Source: Hemiscyllium ocellatum
Lineage: Eukaryota
Length of the DNA stretch: 64,000 nucleotides
Reading direction: 5' to 3'
Assembly: GCF_020745735.1 (NCBI RefSeq)
Contig: NW_026867487.1
Location: 2,666,001 to 2,730,000 of the forward strand
Position numbers and translations under genes: made by a program. A model generated the notes under the pieces. The model was given only the letters and a program-made list of their open reading frames with translations. It made no database searches and was not told the DNA's origin. Position 1 is the first letter of the stretch. Each line of letters begins with the position of its first letter. Below, piece after piece: positions 23,129-35,600 of this stretch.

Positions 23129-24114
23129 CCAACAGATGGATAAGACTCACAATCAGACACATTCAAGATGTGAATTGTCCAGAAATGTCATTGTCATGTT
23201 TGAGAATGGTGCTTTCCAACTTTCAATGGAAAATACTCAGCTACTGCACTGCAACAGCTCATTCAGGGAGATAAAACTTCAATGGACTCAGGAGAATTGA
23301 AAAGGGGAATTGGGAGGCAAACAGGAGAGTTGACAATGAGGAGAAGGGAATGGGGATTGGGAGCATGGAATGAGGAATGGGGGAGAGTGGAAGGTGAACC
23401 AGGATGGAGTGGAAGAATGGGATGGATGGTGGAGGGCTGATCCCTTGGGTCTTGTGAAAAATATTGTAGAAATAAATGTTATTCAGATTACGGCCTGCAG
23501 CTTTTTAAAAAGTCTTTTCATTGATGTAAAAGTTTTGATGTGAAATTAAATCAATAAAAATGAAAGGTGAAATGAAATTAGTACTGGACTGAATGACTAC
23601 AGTCACTGGGCAAATATACCCAAAGACTTGATGTTGGAGGAGAACTGAAACCCAGTGTATGAGCAAATACCCCAGTTATTGAGGGACATAGTTCCCAGAA
23701 CCAGATATTGAAGATCCACAAACTGATGAAGGAGTGAATATTCTACAGTGTAGGCGACAGACTGAAGGTTTGTGTCTAATGCAGTAAACAAGGTCACACA
23801 ACAAGGGCAAGATATTGGTGGGAAGCCCCTGTTAAGAAAAGCTATGGGAATACCACAGCTTTATAACCACAGGAGTGTTATATCCCAGAAATAGATATTT
23901 GGAGAATTCTTTATTTATTTGTTAATGGGGTATGGGTGATGCTGACTAGGTTTTTTGCCTAACTAATTGCTCTGGAGAAGGTGCAGGTGAATTATTGTCT
24001 TGAATCACTGCAATTCTTTGAGTATCAGGGCTGTTTGTAAGTCGGTTCCAGGTTTTGGACACAGTGACGGTGAAGGAAAGGTGCTTTGACTCCAAATCAG
24101 GATGGTGTGGCACC

Positions 24115-27049
24115 TAGGGTGGTGAAGAAGTCTCTCAGTATACTTGCTTTCATTGGTCAGAGCACTGAGTGTAGGGGTTGGGACATCTTGTTGCAGCTGT
24201 ACAAACATTGGTGAGGCCACATTTGGAGTACTGCATGCAGATAAGATTTACACAGATGTTACCTGGGACTTGTTGAAATGTGAAAACTGGGCAACATGGA
24301 CAAGCTGGTTAAATGAAAGAGCTAATTTCCCAAAATAGAGATATTTGGGAAAATGAAATAATCATGGAAAAACATGGGTTGACCAGAACAGTCAACATGG
24401 ATTCCCATAGGGAAAATCATGTTTAACTATCTTGCTGAAGGGAAAGGTTTTGGAAAGGGAACAGAAAGATTTGATAAGGGTAATGCTGTTGATGTGACGT
24501 ATGTAGACTTTCAGAAGAGAGTTTTAGACACATACTCACCTCCCCTCACTTGTCAGCTTTCCGAAGGGACTGTTCCCTCTGGGATACTCTTGTTTACTCT
24601 TGTTTTACTCCCACCATACCTCCACAGCCTCATGACATTTTCCGCTACATCCACAGAAGGCATAATATCTGTCGGTTTACTTCCTCCCTCCTCAGTATCC
24701 AAAGGTTCAAACACATCTTCCAGCTGAAGCAGCACTTTACCAGCAGTTCACACAATTTAGTCTACTGCATTCACTGATCACAATGTGGTCTCCTCTGTCT
24801 TGGGGGAGTGAAGCATAGACTAGCTGACTGCTTTGTAGAATACTGGCGTTTTGCTTGCAAAAAAGACCCAATCACTTCAACATCCCACCCTGTAGCATTG
24901 CCAACATTTCTGTCTCAGGCTTGCTGCAGTGCTCCAGCAAGTTAGAAGAACAGCATCTCATTTTAGCATGGGGACCCAGCGGCCTTCTGGACTCAATATC
25001 GTGTTCAATAATTTTACAGCTTTAATTCTCCCATGTCCTTATCACACAGCCTGTTATTACACATCACCCATTGTTAACCACCAACAAACCCTCTCAGCCA
25101 GATCGTTATCAACTCCTTTGTCTGGCTTACAGTTCTTCTCTCTCTTTGGGCACTCTCCCCACTTATTGCTTACTCCTTCCCCCCTCCCTCCACTCTATCC
25201 TTACCAAATAAACCAACATTTTCCTCACGACTATCACTTCTGTGGAAGGGGCACTCAACCTGAAACATTAGTTCTGATTTCTCTCCACAAATGCTGCCAG
25301 ACCTTCTGAGCTTTTCCAACAATTTCTATTTTTTTCTTTCGGAAGATGGTTCATACAGTGACACACAACAGATCGACGAGAAAAGTTATAGGTCATGCAA
25401 TAAAATTGTCAGGAACAACACGGAGACAATGTTTGCCTGAGTGAAGGGAACTGCGAGTCATGGTCAATAGATGTGTTTCAGGCTGGAGGATGTTTGTAAT
25501 AGAATCTTCCAGGGGTCTGATTTTGAACACTTGCTTTCCCTGACATATATTAATGATCTAGATCTTGGTGTGCAGGGGGCAATTTCAAAGGTTGTAGAGA
25601 ACACAAAACCTGAAAGAATTGTAAACTGTGATGGGACAGTGTAGAACTTGAAAAGGACGTGGAAAGGTCAGTGGAGTGGGCAGATGGGTGGCAGATGACT
25701 TTCAATGCAGAGAAGTGTAAGGTAAAGCAAGAACATTAAAAGACAACACAAAATCGGGGATACAATTCTGTGGGGGTGTAGAAGCAGGATAACCTCAGCG
25801 TATATATATGCACTGAGGACTGAAAGTGCAGGACAGGTGGAGAGAGTAGAAAGGAAAGCAGGTATCATCCTTCGCTTTATTAATAGGGATATAGTGTACA
25901 TGATGAAGGAGGTGATATTCAATGTTTTTAAGACACTTCTTAAACCTCAACTGGAGATCTCCATACAGATCTGTGTGCCACATGTGTGGACAGATGTGGA
26001 GAGAATGCAGGTTTACAAGAATGGTTCCAGGGATGAGGAACTTCAGTTCTGGGGATAGATTCAGGAGACTGTTCTCCTTCGAGAGAAGAAAGTTCAGACG
26101 AAATCAGGTCGAGCATTTCAAAATCGTGAATGAGCTTAACAGAGTAGATAGGGAGAACAAGTTCCAGTTTGCAAAAGGGATAAGAAAAGGGAAAGGGCAT
26201 AGATTAAAAAGATCTGCAAAAGAGGCAAAAGTGAAGTGAGGAGAGGTTTCTTTCACTCAGGAAGTAGTTGGGGAATAGAATGCACTGGCTGCAAGTGTGG
26301 GAAAATTGAGGCATTTAAGGGGGAAATGAGTAACTTATTGGAAAGACATAATGTGAACGGAAATGGGAAAAATAGCAAGAGATTGGTACTTGAGCACGAT
26401 AATCATTTTGTGAGCTGGTGTAGGCATGATGGACTGAATGACCTCGTTTTGCACAGTATCTCTGATTTTGTGATTCCTAGTCTTTGGAACAATTCTTCAT
26501 CATTTCCCTCCATGGTTATTAAAGAAACATAAATTAAAACATACATGGTCTTTACAGGCTTCCAGGTTTCAACCCTGAAGACAATGAAACGCCATTTCAT
26601 AAAATGAGTTTCCATTGTAAAACATATGGTAAATGCTAATATTGTGCTCAAAAATGCACACAATATTTCAGCTGAGATCTAATAAGGGCATCCGCGAGGA
26701 AGCTGCATGTTTTGAAAGCAAGTGATTTGCTACCAGTTGTGAACCTTGTTTGTGCAGCTGTGGGTTACAGCAATGTGTAGATGAACTGGAGCCAGGGACT
26801 TGTTCCCAAGTGAAGCTGACTGGATTATGGATGAGTAACAAAGGCGCTCTGCCAGCCAATTTCAGATTCTGGGTAATCCAAGATGGAGGATGGGAAAAAA
26901 AATTGTGGCTGCAGAAGCTGTTCATTTTTTCAGGTATTTTCAGTGTTGGAGCTGATTTCCTCAAATTCCTGGAGCAGGGATCACATGGTTAGTGAATCAA
27001 ATGAGAAAGACGACATTTAAAATGCACCTGAATGGATATATGAATATGA
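24115..27049 (+). repeat. Local duplication copy 1 (mosaic of old CR1 and Penelope fragments)
   Basis: Near-identical to 27904-30941; paired ORFs at a 3795-nt offset. Confidence 0.95.
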
Positions 27050-27665
27050 TGTTGTGGTTCTGCTCGCCGAGCTGGAAGTTTTTGCTGCAAACATTTCGTT
27101 CCCTGGCTAGGGAACATCATCAGTGCTGTTGGAGCCTCGTGTGAAGCGCTGCTTTGATGTTTCTTCCGGTATTTGTATTGGTTTGTTCTTGTCGCTTCCG
27201 GGTGTCAGTTTCAGCTGCAGTGATTTGTATGTGGGGTCCAGGTCGATGTGTCTGTTGATGGATGTTCTTGCCGTTTCCGGGTGTCAGTTTCAGCTGTAGT
27301 GGTTTGTATATGGTGTCCAGGTCAATGTGTCTGTTGATGGAGTTTGGGGATGAATGCCATGCTTCTATGAATTCTCTGGCTGTTCTCTGTCTGGCTTGTC
27401 CTATGATAGTGGTGTTTTCCCAGTCAAATTCATGTTGCTGGTTGTCTGAGTGTATGGCTACTAGAGATAGCTGGTCGTGTCGTTTTGTGGCTAGCTGATG
27501 TTCATGGATGCGGATTGTTAGCTGTCTTCCTGTTTGTCCTATATAGTGTTTTGTGCAGTCCTTGCATGGTATTTTGTAAACTACGTTAGTTTGGCTCATG
27601 CTGGGTATTGGGTCCTTTGTTCTAGTGAGTTGTTGTCTGAGCGTGGATGTTGGCTTGTGTGCTGT
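27050..27665 (-). mobile_element. Penelope-like element 3' part (GIY-YIG endonuclease and terminal repeat)
   Basis: NVVYKIPCKDCTKHYIGQTGRQLTIRIHEH...REFIEAWHS; internal partial tandem repeat; hammerhead-like core at 27087-27126. Confidence 0.9.
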
Positions 27666-27903
27666 TATGACAGCTGTTAGAACATGCTATCACTATAGGA
27701 CAGAACAGGACAACACTCCGCAAAAAAACAGCACTAACTTCAAGGCCAAGTATTGGTAGTCATTATGGAACAGAAGAAAATCTGGGAAAATCTCATCTAT
27801 GTGTGACAGGAGGAATGTAAACAAGAAATAGATATCATGGGCCATATTATAGAACAAAGAGATCCGAGGTACAAAACCCCTTGACGGTGGAGTCACAAGC
27901 AGA

Positions 27904-30900
27904 TAGGGTGGTGAAGAAGTCTCTGAGTATACTTGCTTTCAGGATGGTGTGCACCTTGGTCAGAGCACTGAGTGTAGGGGTTGGGACATCTTGTTGCAGC
28001 TGTACAAACATTGGTGAGGCCACATTTGGAGTACTGCATGCAGATAAGATTTACACAGATGTTACCTGGGACTTGTGAAAACTAGGCAACATGGACAAGC
28101 TGGTTAAATGAAAGAGCTAATTTCCCAAAATAGAGATATTTGGGAAAATGAAATAATCATGGAAAAACATGGGTTGACCAGAACAGTCAACATGGATTCC
28201 CATAGGGAAAATCATGTTTAACTATCTTGCTGAAGGGAAAGGTTTTGGAAAGGGAACAGAAAGATTTGATAAGGGTAATGCTGTTGATGTGACATATGTA
28301 GACTTTCAGAAGAGAGTTTTAGACACATACTCACCTCCCCTCCCTTGTCAGCTTTCCGAAGGGACTGTTCCCTCTGGGATACTCTGGTTTACTCTTCTTT
28401 TACTCCCACCACACCTCCACAGCCTCATGACATTTTCCGCTGCATCCACAGAATGCATAATATCGGTCGGTTTACTTCCTCCCTCCTCAGTATCCAAAGG
28501 TTCAAACACATCTTCCAGCTGAAGCAGCACTTTACCAGCAGTTCACACAATTTAGTCTACTGCATTCACTGATCACAATGTGGTCTCCTCTGTCTTGGGG
28601 GAGTGAAGCATAGACTAGCTGACTGCTTTGAAGAATACTGGCGTTTTGCTTGCAAAAAAGACCCAATCACTTCAACATCCCACCCTGTAGCATTGCCAAC
28701 ATTTCTGTCTCAGGCTTGCTGCAGTGCTCCAGCAAGTTAGAAGAACAGCATCTCATTTTAGCATGGGGACCCAGCGGCCTTCTGGACTCAATATCGTGTT
28801 CAATAATTTTACAGCTTTAATTCTCCCATGTCCTTATCACACAGCCTGTTATTACACATCACCCATTGTTAACCACCAACAAACCCTCCAAGCCAGATCG
28901 TTATCAACTCCTTTGTCTGGCTTACAGTTCTTCTCTCTCTTTGGGCACTCTCCCCACTTATTGCTTACTCCTTCCCCCCTCCCTCCACTCTATCCTTACC
29001 AAATAAACCAACATTTTCCTCACGACTATCACTTCTGTGGAAGGGGCACTCAACCTGAAACATTAGTTCTGATTTCTCTCCACAAATGCTGCCAGACCTT
29101 CTGAGCTTTTCCAACAATTTCTATTTTTTTCTTTCGGAAGATAGTTCATACAGTGACACACAACAGATCGACGAGAAAAGTTATAGGTCATGCAATAAAA
29201 TTGTCAGGAACAACACGGAGACAATGTTTGCCTGAGTGAAGGGAACTGCGAGTCATGGTCAATAGATGTGTTTCAGGCTGGAGGATGTTTGTAATAGAAT
29301 CTTCCAGGGGTCTGATTTTGAACACTTGCTTTCCCTGACATATATTAATGATCTAGATCTTGGTGTGCAGGGGGCAATTTCAAAGGTTGTAGAGAACACA
29401 AAACCTGAAAGAATTGTAAACTGTGATGGGACAGTGTAGAACTTGAAAAGGACGTGGAAAGGTCAGTGGAGTGGGCAGATGGGTGGCAGATGACTTTCAA
29501 TGCAGAGAAGTGTAAGGTAAAGCAAGAACATTAAAAGACAACACAAAATCGGGGATACAATTCTGTGGGGGTGTAGAAGCAGGATAACCTCAGCGTATAT
29601 ATATGCACTGAGGACTGAAAGTGCAGGACAGGTGGAGAGAGTAGAAAGGAAAGCAGGTATCATCCTTCGCTTTATTAATAGGGATATAGTGTACATGATG
29701 AAGGAGGTGATATTCAATGTTTTTAAGACACTTCTTAAACCTCAACTGGAGATCTCCATACAGATCTGTGTGCCACATGTGTGGACAGATGTGGAGAGAA
29801 TGCAGGTTTGCAAGAATGGTTCCAGGGATGAGGAACTTCAGTTCTGGGGATAGATTCAGGAGACTGTTCTCCTTCGAGAGAAGAAAGTTCAGACGAAATC
29901 AGGTCGAGCATTTCAAAATCGTGAATGAGCTTAACAGAGTAGATAGGGAGAACAAGTTCCAGTTTGCAAAAGGGATCAGAAAAGGGAAAGGGCATAGATT
30001 AAAAAGATCTGCAAAAGAGGCAAAAGTGAAGTGAGGAGAGGTTTCTTTCACTCAGGAAGTAGTTGGGGAATAGAATGCACTGGCTGCAAGTGTGGGAAAT
30101 TGAGGCATTTAAGGGGGAAATGAGTAACATTGGAAAGAGATAATGTGAACGGAAATGGGAAAAATAGCAAGAGATTGGTACTTGAGCACGATAATCATTT
30201 CGTGAGCTGGTGTAGGCATGATGGACTGAATGACCTCGTTCTGCACAGTATCTCTGATTCTGTGATTCCTAGTCTTTGGAACAATTCTTCATCATTTCAC
30301 TCCATGGTTATTAAAGAAACATAAATTAAAACATACATGGTCTTTACAGGCTTCCAGGTTTCAACCCTGAAGACAATGAAACCCCATTTCATAAAATGAG
30401 TTTCCATTGTAAAACATATGGTAAATGCTAATATTGTGCTCAAAAATGCACACAATACTTCAGCTGAGATCTAATAAGGGCATCCGCGAGGAAGCTGCAT
30501 GTTTTGAAAGCAAGTGATTTGCTACCAGTTGTGAACCATGTTTGTGCAGCTGTGGGTTACAGCAATGTGTAGATGAACTGGAGCCAGGGACTTGTTCCCA
30601 AGTGAAGCTGACTGGATTATGGATGAGGAACAAAGGCGCTCTGCCAGCCAATTTTAGATTCTGGGTAATCCAAGATGGAGGATGGGAAAAAAAATTGTGG
30701 CTGCAGAAGCTGTTCATTTTTTCAGGTATTTTCTGTGTTGGAGCTGATTTCCTCAAATTCCAGGAGCAGTAATTACAGTTCTATAAGCTGTTGTGTTACT
30801 TTGGAACTTTGGGGCAAAAAAGCTCAAACAACGGCATTTTAAAAAGGAGGAAGAGAGAGGGAAAGTCAGAAACCACATGGTTAGTGAATCAAATGAGAAA

Positions 30901-30941
30901 GACGACATTTAAAATGCATCTGAATGGATATATGAATATGA
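27904..30941 (+). repeat. Local duplication copy 2
   Basis: Matches copy 1 apart from scattered substitutions and small indels (14-nt insertion, 8-nt deletion, about 100 extra nt near 30770-30870). Confidence 0.95.
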
Positions 30942-31779
30942 AGTTTTAGAGAAGTATGGGCCAAGTGTTGGCAAATGAGACGAGATTAATTTAGCATATC
31001 TGGTCAGCACAGACACGTTGGACTAAAGTATCTGTTTCTATGCTGTACATCTCTATGACTCACTGTGACTCGATGTGATTGGTTGTCCGTTAGCTGAACA
31101 TATTGGGACTATGAAAAAGACAGAGAGAAGTTGGTTCAGGTCAGGAGGCAAACTACCAGGTCTGCAGCAATCAGGAGTTCCTGCTCTCATTTCTGTGCAG
31201 TAAACCACTTGAAACATCAAGAAACCTACTTTATCTTCTCTTTAACAACTGTTGCAGCAGCGATTTCTGAAAATGGTGGGGGGTTGGTTTCCAGTACATC
31301 ACTACAGTGAGTTGTGATAAAGTTTGAGGGCTCTTGGCCATGACTGGAATTAAAACTGGGCAATGAGGATTTGAGTGTGATATTGGTAAATAGAAAGGTG
31401 AAGGAAGACAGCAGTTTCTGTGCCTGTGTTTCAGACAGGGCACTGGAAATGGCAAAGAATGTCCAGCAGGTGGCAGACCTGCCCCAGCAGTGTCTGTGGG
31501 ACTTCCAAAACCCAGGTTGATTGACCTGATGGATACGTTGGAGGTCGCAATGCTTGACAGGGCAAGGATGGCAGAATAATTCAGGTACTTAAAAAGCTCT
31601 TAGATTGAAAGGAAATACACAGGAGGTGGGGTATTTCGCACAATCAAACACTGGTATCAGGACATATTCAGTTACAGTGGCTGGAGCATCAGAAGAGAAT
31701 GAAGAAACGAGAGATGGCAGAAAAGGACAAAGAAAGAGAAATATAAGAAAATTGAGATGCCTATGGAAATGTAGACAGA

Positions 31780-32140
31780 TTTCCCACTGCTGTTGCTGTA
31801 GCTGAGGCTGAAGAAGTTCAAGAGAATTATTGTATTCAAAGTAGAGGCTTGATGACCAGACCTGCAGATGAAGAATTGATGGTCGTTCATCAAATAATGG
31901 CACTGCCCAAGTATCATGAGGAGATATTGTGAATAGCACATGGAGTTCTTATGGCATGGCATAGAGGAATATGGAAAGCACAGGTATCAATAATCAGGTA
32001 TTTTACATGGCCATGTCTCATATGTCAGATGATAGGAAAATCTCAGCATGTCATTCAATCAGTGCCTTTGATACCTGTACCAATTTTGATGAACTTCAAT
32101 AAAGTGTCAATAGATTGTGTAGGATCATTATTATCATAGT
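31780..32140 (+). mobile_element. Degenerate Gypsy integrase fragment
   Basis: IGKSQHVIQSVPLIPVP...KVSIDCVGSL and remnants of the upstream HHCC region. Confidence 0.6.
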
Positions 32141-32169
32141 CCAGTCAAGGTTCTGAGTTAATTCTCATC

Positions 32170-32690
32170 TCCTTCCTATGCGAAGGATGTTGTGAAACTT
32201 GAAAGGGTTCAGAAAAGATTTATAAGGATGTTGCCAGGGTTGGAAGATTTGACCTATTGGGAGAGGCTGAATAGGCTGGGGCTGTTTTCCCTGAAGGCTG
32301 AGGGGTGACTATATAGAGGTTTATAAATTCATGAGGGGTATGGATAGGGTAAATAGACAAAGTCTTTTCCCTGGAGTGGGGGAGTCCAGAACTAGAGGGC
32401 AGAGGTTCAGGGTGACAGGGAAAAGATATAAAAAGGACCTAGAGGGGCAACTTTTTCATGCAGATAAATGTGCGTGTATGGAATGAGCTGCCAAAGGAAG
32501 TGGTGGAGGCTGGTACAAATGCAACATTTGAAAGGCATCTGGACGGGCATATGAATAGGAAAGGTTTGGATAGATATGGGCCAAGTGTTGGCAAATGGGA
32601 CAAAGTTAGGTTCGGATAACTGGTTGGCAAGGACGAGTTGGATCGAAGGGTCTGTTTCCATGCTGTACATCTCTACGACTCTATGATTCT
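32170..32690 (+). mobile_element. CR1 LINE 3' end
   Basis: LERVQKRFIRMLPGLEDL-type sequence ending in (CTCTATGA)-like tail repeats. Confidence 0.85.
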
Positions 32691-35600
32691 CTATCTAAAC
32701 CTTTCCAGCAAATCATGAACAGCTTGGAAATAAAACGATTGAAGTCATTTGTGCATTATCTGTAAACACAGTGAGCTCTGGAGAGGGATCATCAGACTCC
32801 CAAAAGAATTATCAAGGCATAATGTCATGGATTCACACAGGATTAGGATAAAGAATTATTTTCTTGCTATTTGCTCACAGAGGGAGCAGATCAATCCACT
32901 GGTTTTGAATTGGTTTGAGTTGGTTTCTGGTCATGAGATTAGAGGTCTGTTAAAGTTAATTGGGGAGAAATTCTTGAACATTCTTGAACTAATTGCAATG
33001 TCTAACTTGCTACAGTACTGAGTTAAAACAAAATTAAGTGCCTGTCTGTGGGGAATAAGTGGTAATTGTATTAACTGTTATAAGAACCTGCTGCTTGTGC
33101 TGAAACAGCCAGAGGACAAGCTAGTGCCTGTCTCAAAAACCCTGTCCCAAACCAGTTGTTAAGAGGGCTAGCCCCCCCTACCCCCCACGCAAAGATTGGG
33201 ATTTGAAGTGGGAATTGCAGCTTCAAAGGTACTCAGAGTTGTGAAGCACAAGTGGCAAATCCAGGTAACATTGGACTCTGTAGGGGCGAGCAACACAGAG
33301 TCCAGTTAGAGTTTAAGTTAAAAGTTGGGTGCTGTTTATATTTGCAATTTCCAATGTGGTGAGGAAGAGGAGCTGATCACTCTGACCAAAAGCCAAATCT
33401 CAGTGGAGCCCATGTTATCAAGGTGGGGAGCGTGGACACTGTGAGTAACTATGATACTCTGTCAGTCCATGGTAGAACAACAGAGCTTGAATAGTGGCTG
33501 TGGCCGGGAGGATAAAGAGTCCCACTAATAGGGAGCACACCTTGCTAGGAGGCTGTTACGGCTGTACGGATGATACTGGGACAGTATTATTGGCCAGGGG
33601 TAGAGAAGTCCCCATTGGTTAGGAACACTTTACTGTTGGTGTTATCCGGGCTACACAATCTGCTAAATGGCAGATCAAAGTTTTAAGGGGGTCCCTTATT
33701 GAGAACTACAAGGCAGACAGACAAGGGTTTAACAGAGCAAATGAAGAAAAGGGTCAGGGATCCATCCCAAACATTAGTATAACAGAGACAATGGGTGGAT
33801 AAACAAAAATGAAATAAAACTAAAAAGATAGGGGTAATGTTAGTATACCAATTACAGGCCTAATTGAACAAGTAGGTGCCTTCACTCGCAGGTGGAGAAA
33901 AGGCCAACTGCTCCCTCTATTGGATGAACCATGCAAGAGTATAACTTAGCGCCCGTTACCAGAGGAGGAACAGACTCACAGCCCAAAGCGAATTACAAAC
34001 CCTTCACTCCAGGGGAGAGGCAGCAAATTATGGCCTCCCGAGGCAACTTACAACCTCGGAGTGCAAACACCAGGTTCTGAGATGAGCTGGATAGTGTATG
34101 GGTAGGGCACCAATTACACCTGAGAGAAATACACCAGCAGATCTGGGCAATTTGCCCAGCAGACAAGTGGAGACAGGTAGCTGGTGGACCTGATGCCACA
34201 GCAGCCTGAGACTTTAGGGGAGGATGGTGGGCACATGCCATTTCCATTACAGCTGAGATAGATGCCCAGCAGGCCCCTTTGCCAATTTTAATAAAGAAAT
34301 CCAGAGGGTGCTAGGAAATGCTCCCACAAACTGGAGCAAGATCACGACCACTAAGTAATTTAAAGAGGAAGGAGTCTCTGAATATGAGGAATGATTATTT
34401 GGGGTCTATCAGGAATGCCCAGGGCAAGCAAACACAGATCGAGGGGCCCAGGTATTCATCGAAGCTCTTAGAGATAGGGTCTCGACGTCCACCCCACTCC
34501 CTGAAAATGGGAGTACTGATGGTCCTAGGATTATGATGATCTAGTTGAGTGGGTGAGCAGGGTCCAGGAGGCAGAAGTTTTTGATAAAGGCAAGACCTGA
34601 CAAAGCAGCCGACCGGAATGGAGGCAAGAGCAGAAGAAAACTATCCTGCCACAACTGTGGTCACAGGGTCACTTTGCTCGAGAATGTAGGGTCGCACGAG
34701 TAGGGAATAGAGCAGGGAATAATGTAAAATACTGGTATTGCAACAGAAAAGGATACACAGCAGCAATGTGCTAGGAAAAGCATGGGACACCCCCAAACAC
34801 CATCCCAAACACTGCAAAACCATGGGGATTCCGAGGTCAGCAGAGCTGACAACCAGCTGCCCCTATTTGTGAGGATGGAGGGAGAGGGGAGAATTTACGT
34901 GCCTGCAGTAATAGAAGGGAGGAAATATGAAATGCTCGTAGACACAGGAGCGGATGCATCCATCACAAACTTACCCTTACCCCACACAAATAAAATAGGG
35001 TCGGAGGGGATAAAACACAGCTTTCCTAAGTGACACTACCCTCGTAGAAATAAACAATAGATACACCTCCATGAAATTCTATGTGTGCCAAAATAATGAA
35101 GGTACCATAATGGGCAATGAGCTCATGAGGGAATATAATGTTCTAATCGATTATGCAAAAGAGAAATTGGTTTAGCCCAGACAGGACCGTTGAAAGCCTG
35201 AGATTGGGAAACTTACAAGTCACCTTGAAACTAGTGAAGTAGCTACAGCCATCGGTAGGGACTCAAACCTCAAAAAGGGCAGATTTGGAGCGACCTGCAC
35301 CTCTATCCCCGGAGCAGGGGACAGGGTGATAAGGGTTCCCGGAGCAGAGCATAGGCCCGACCAGCAATACCCAATAAAGCCTGAAGCAGAAAAAGCAATT
35401 GTGGAGATAGTAAAAGAACTAGTGAAACATCCTGAAAGTAACCACGAGTACAACTAATTCCCCGACGTGGCCAGTAATAAAGCCTGATGGGAGCCTGACA
35501 GGCTCATCATTGATTAGATAGGACTAGATTACTTTAGATTACTTACAGTGTGGACTACATAAGGTCACCCCCAAATTGCACCCTATTGAGGAAGACCCCT

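Noticed and set aside
24419-30772. Paired ORFs in the 3-kb duplication as a duplicated gene
   Set aside because: They are fragments of Penelope and CR1 or random frames, with no exon structure.
32700-33780. ERV 5' LTR and primer-binding site
   Set aside because: No second LTR to compare and no convincing 18-nt tRNA complement found by eye.
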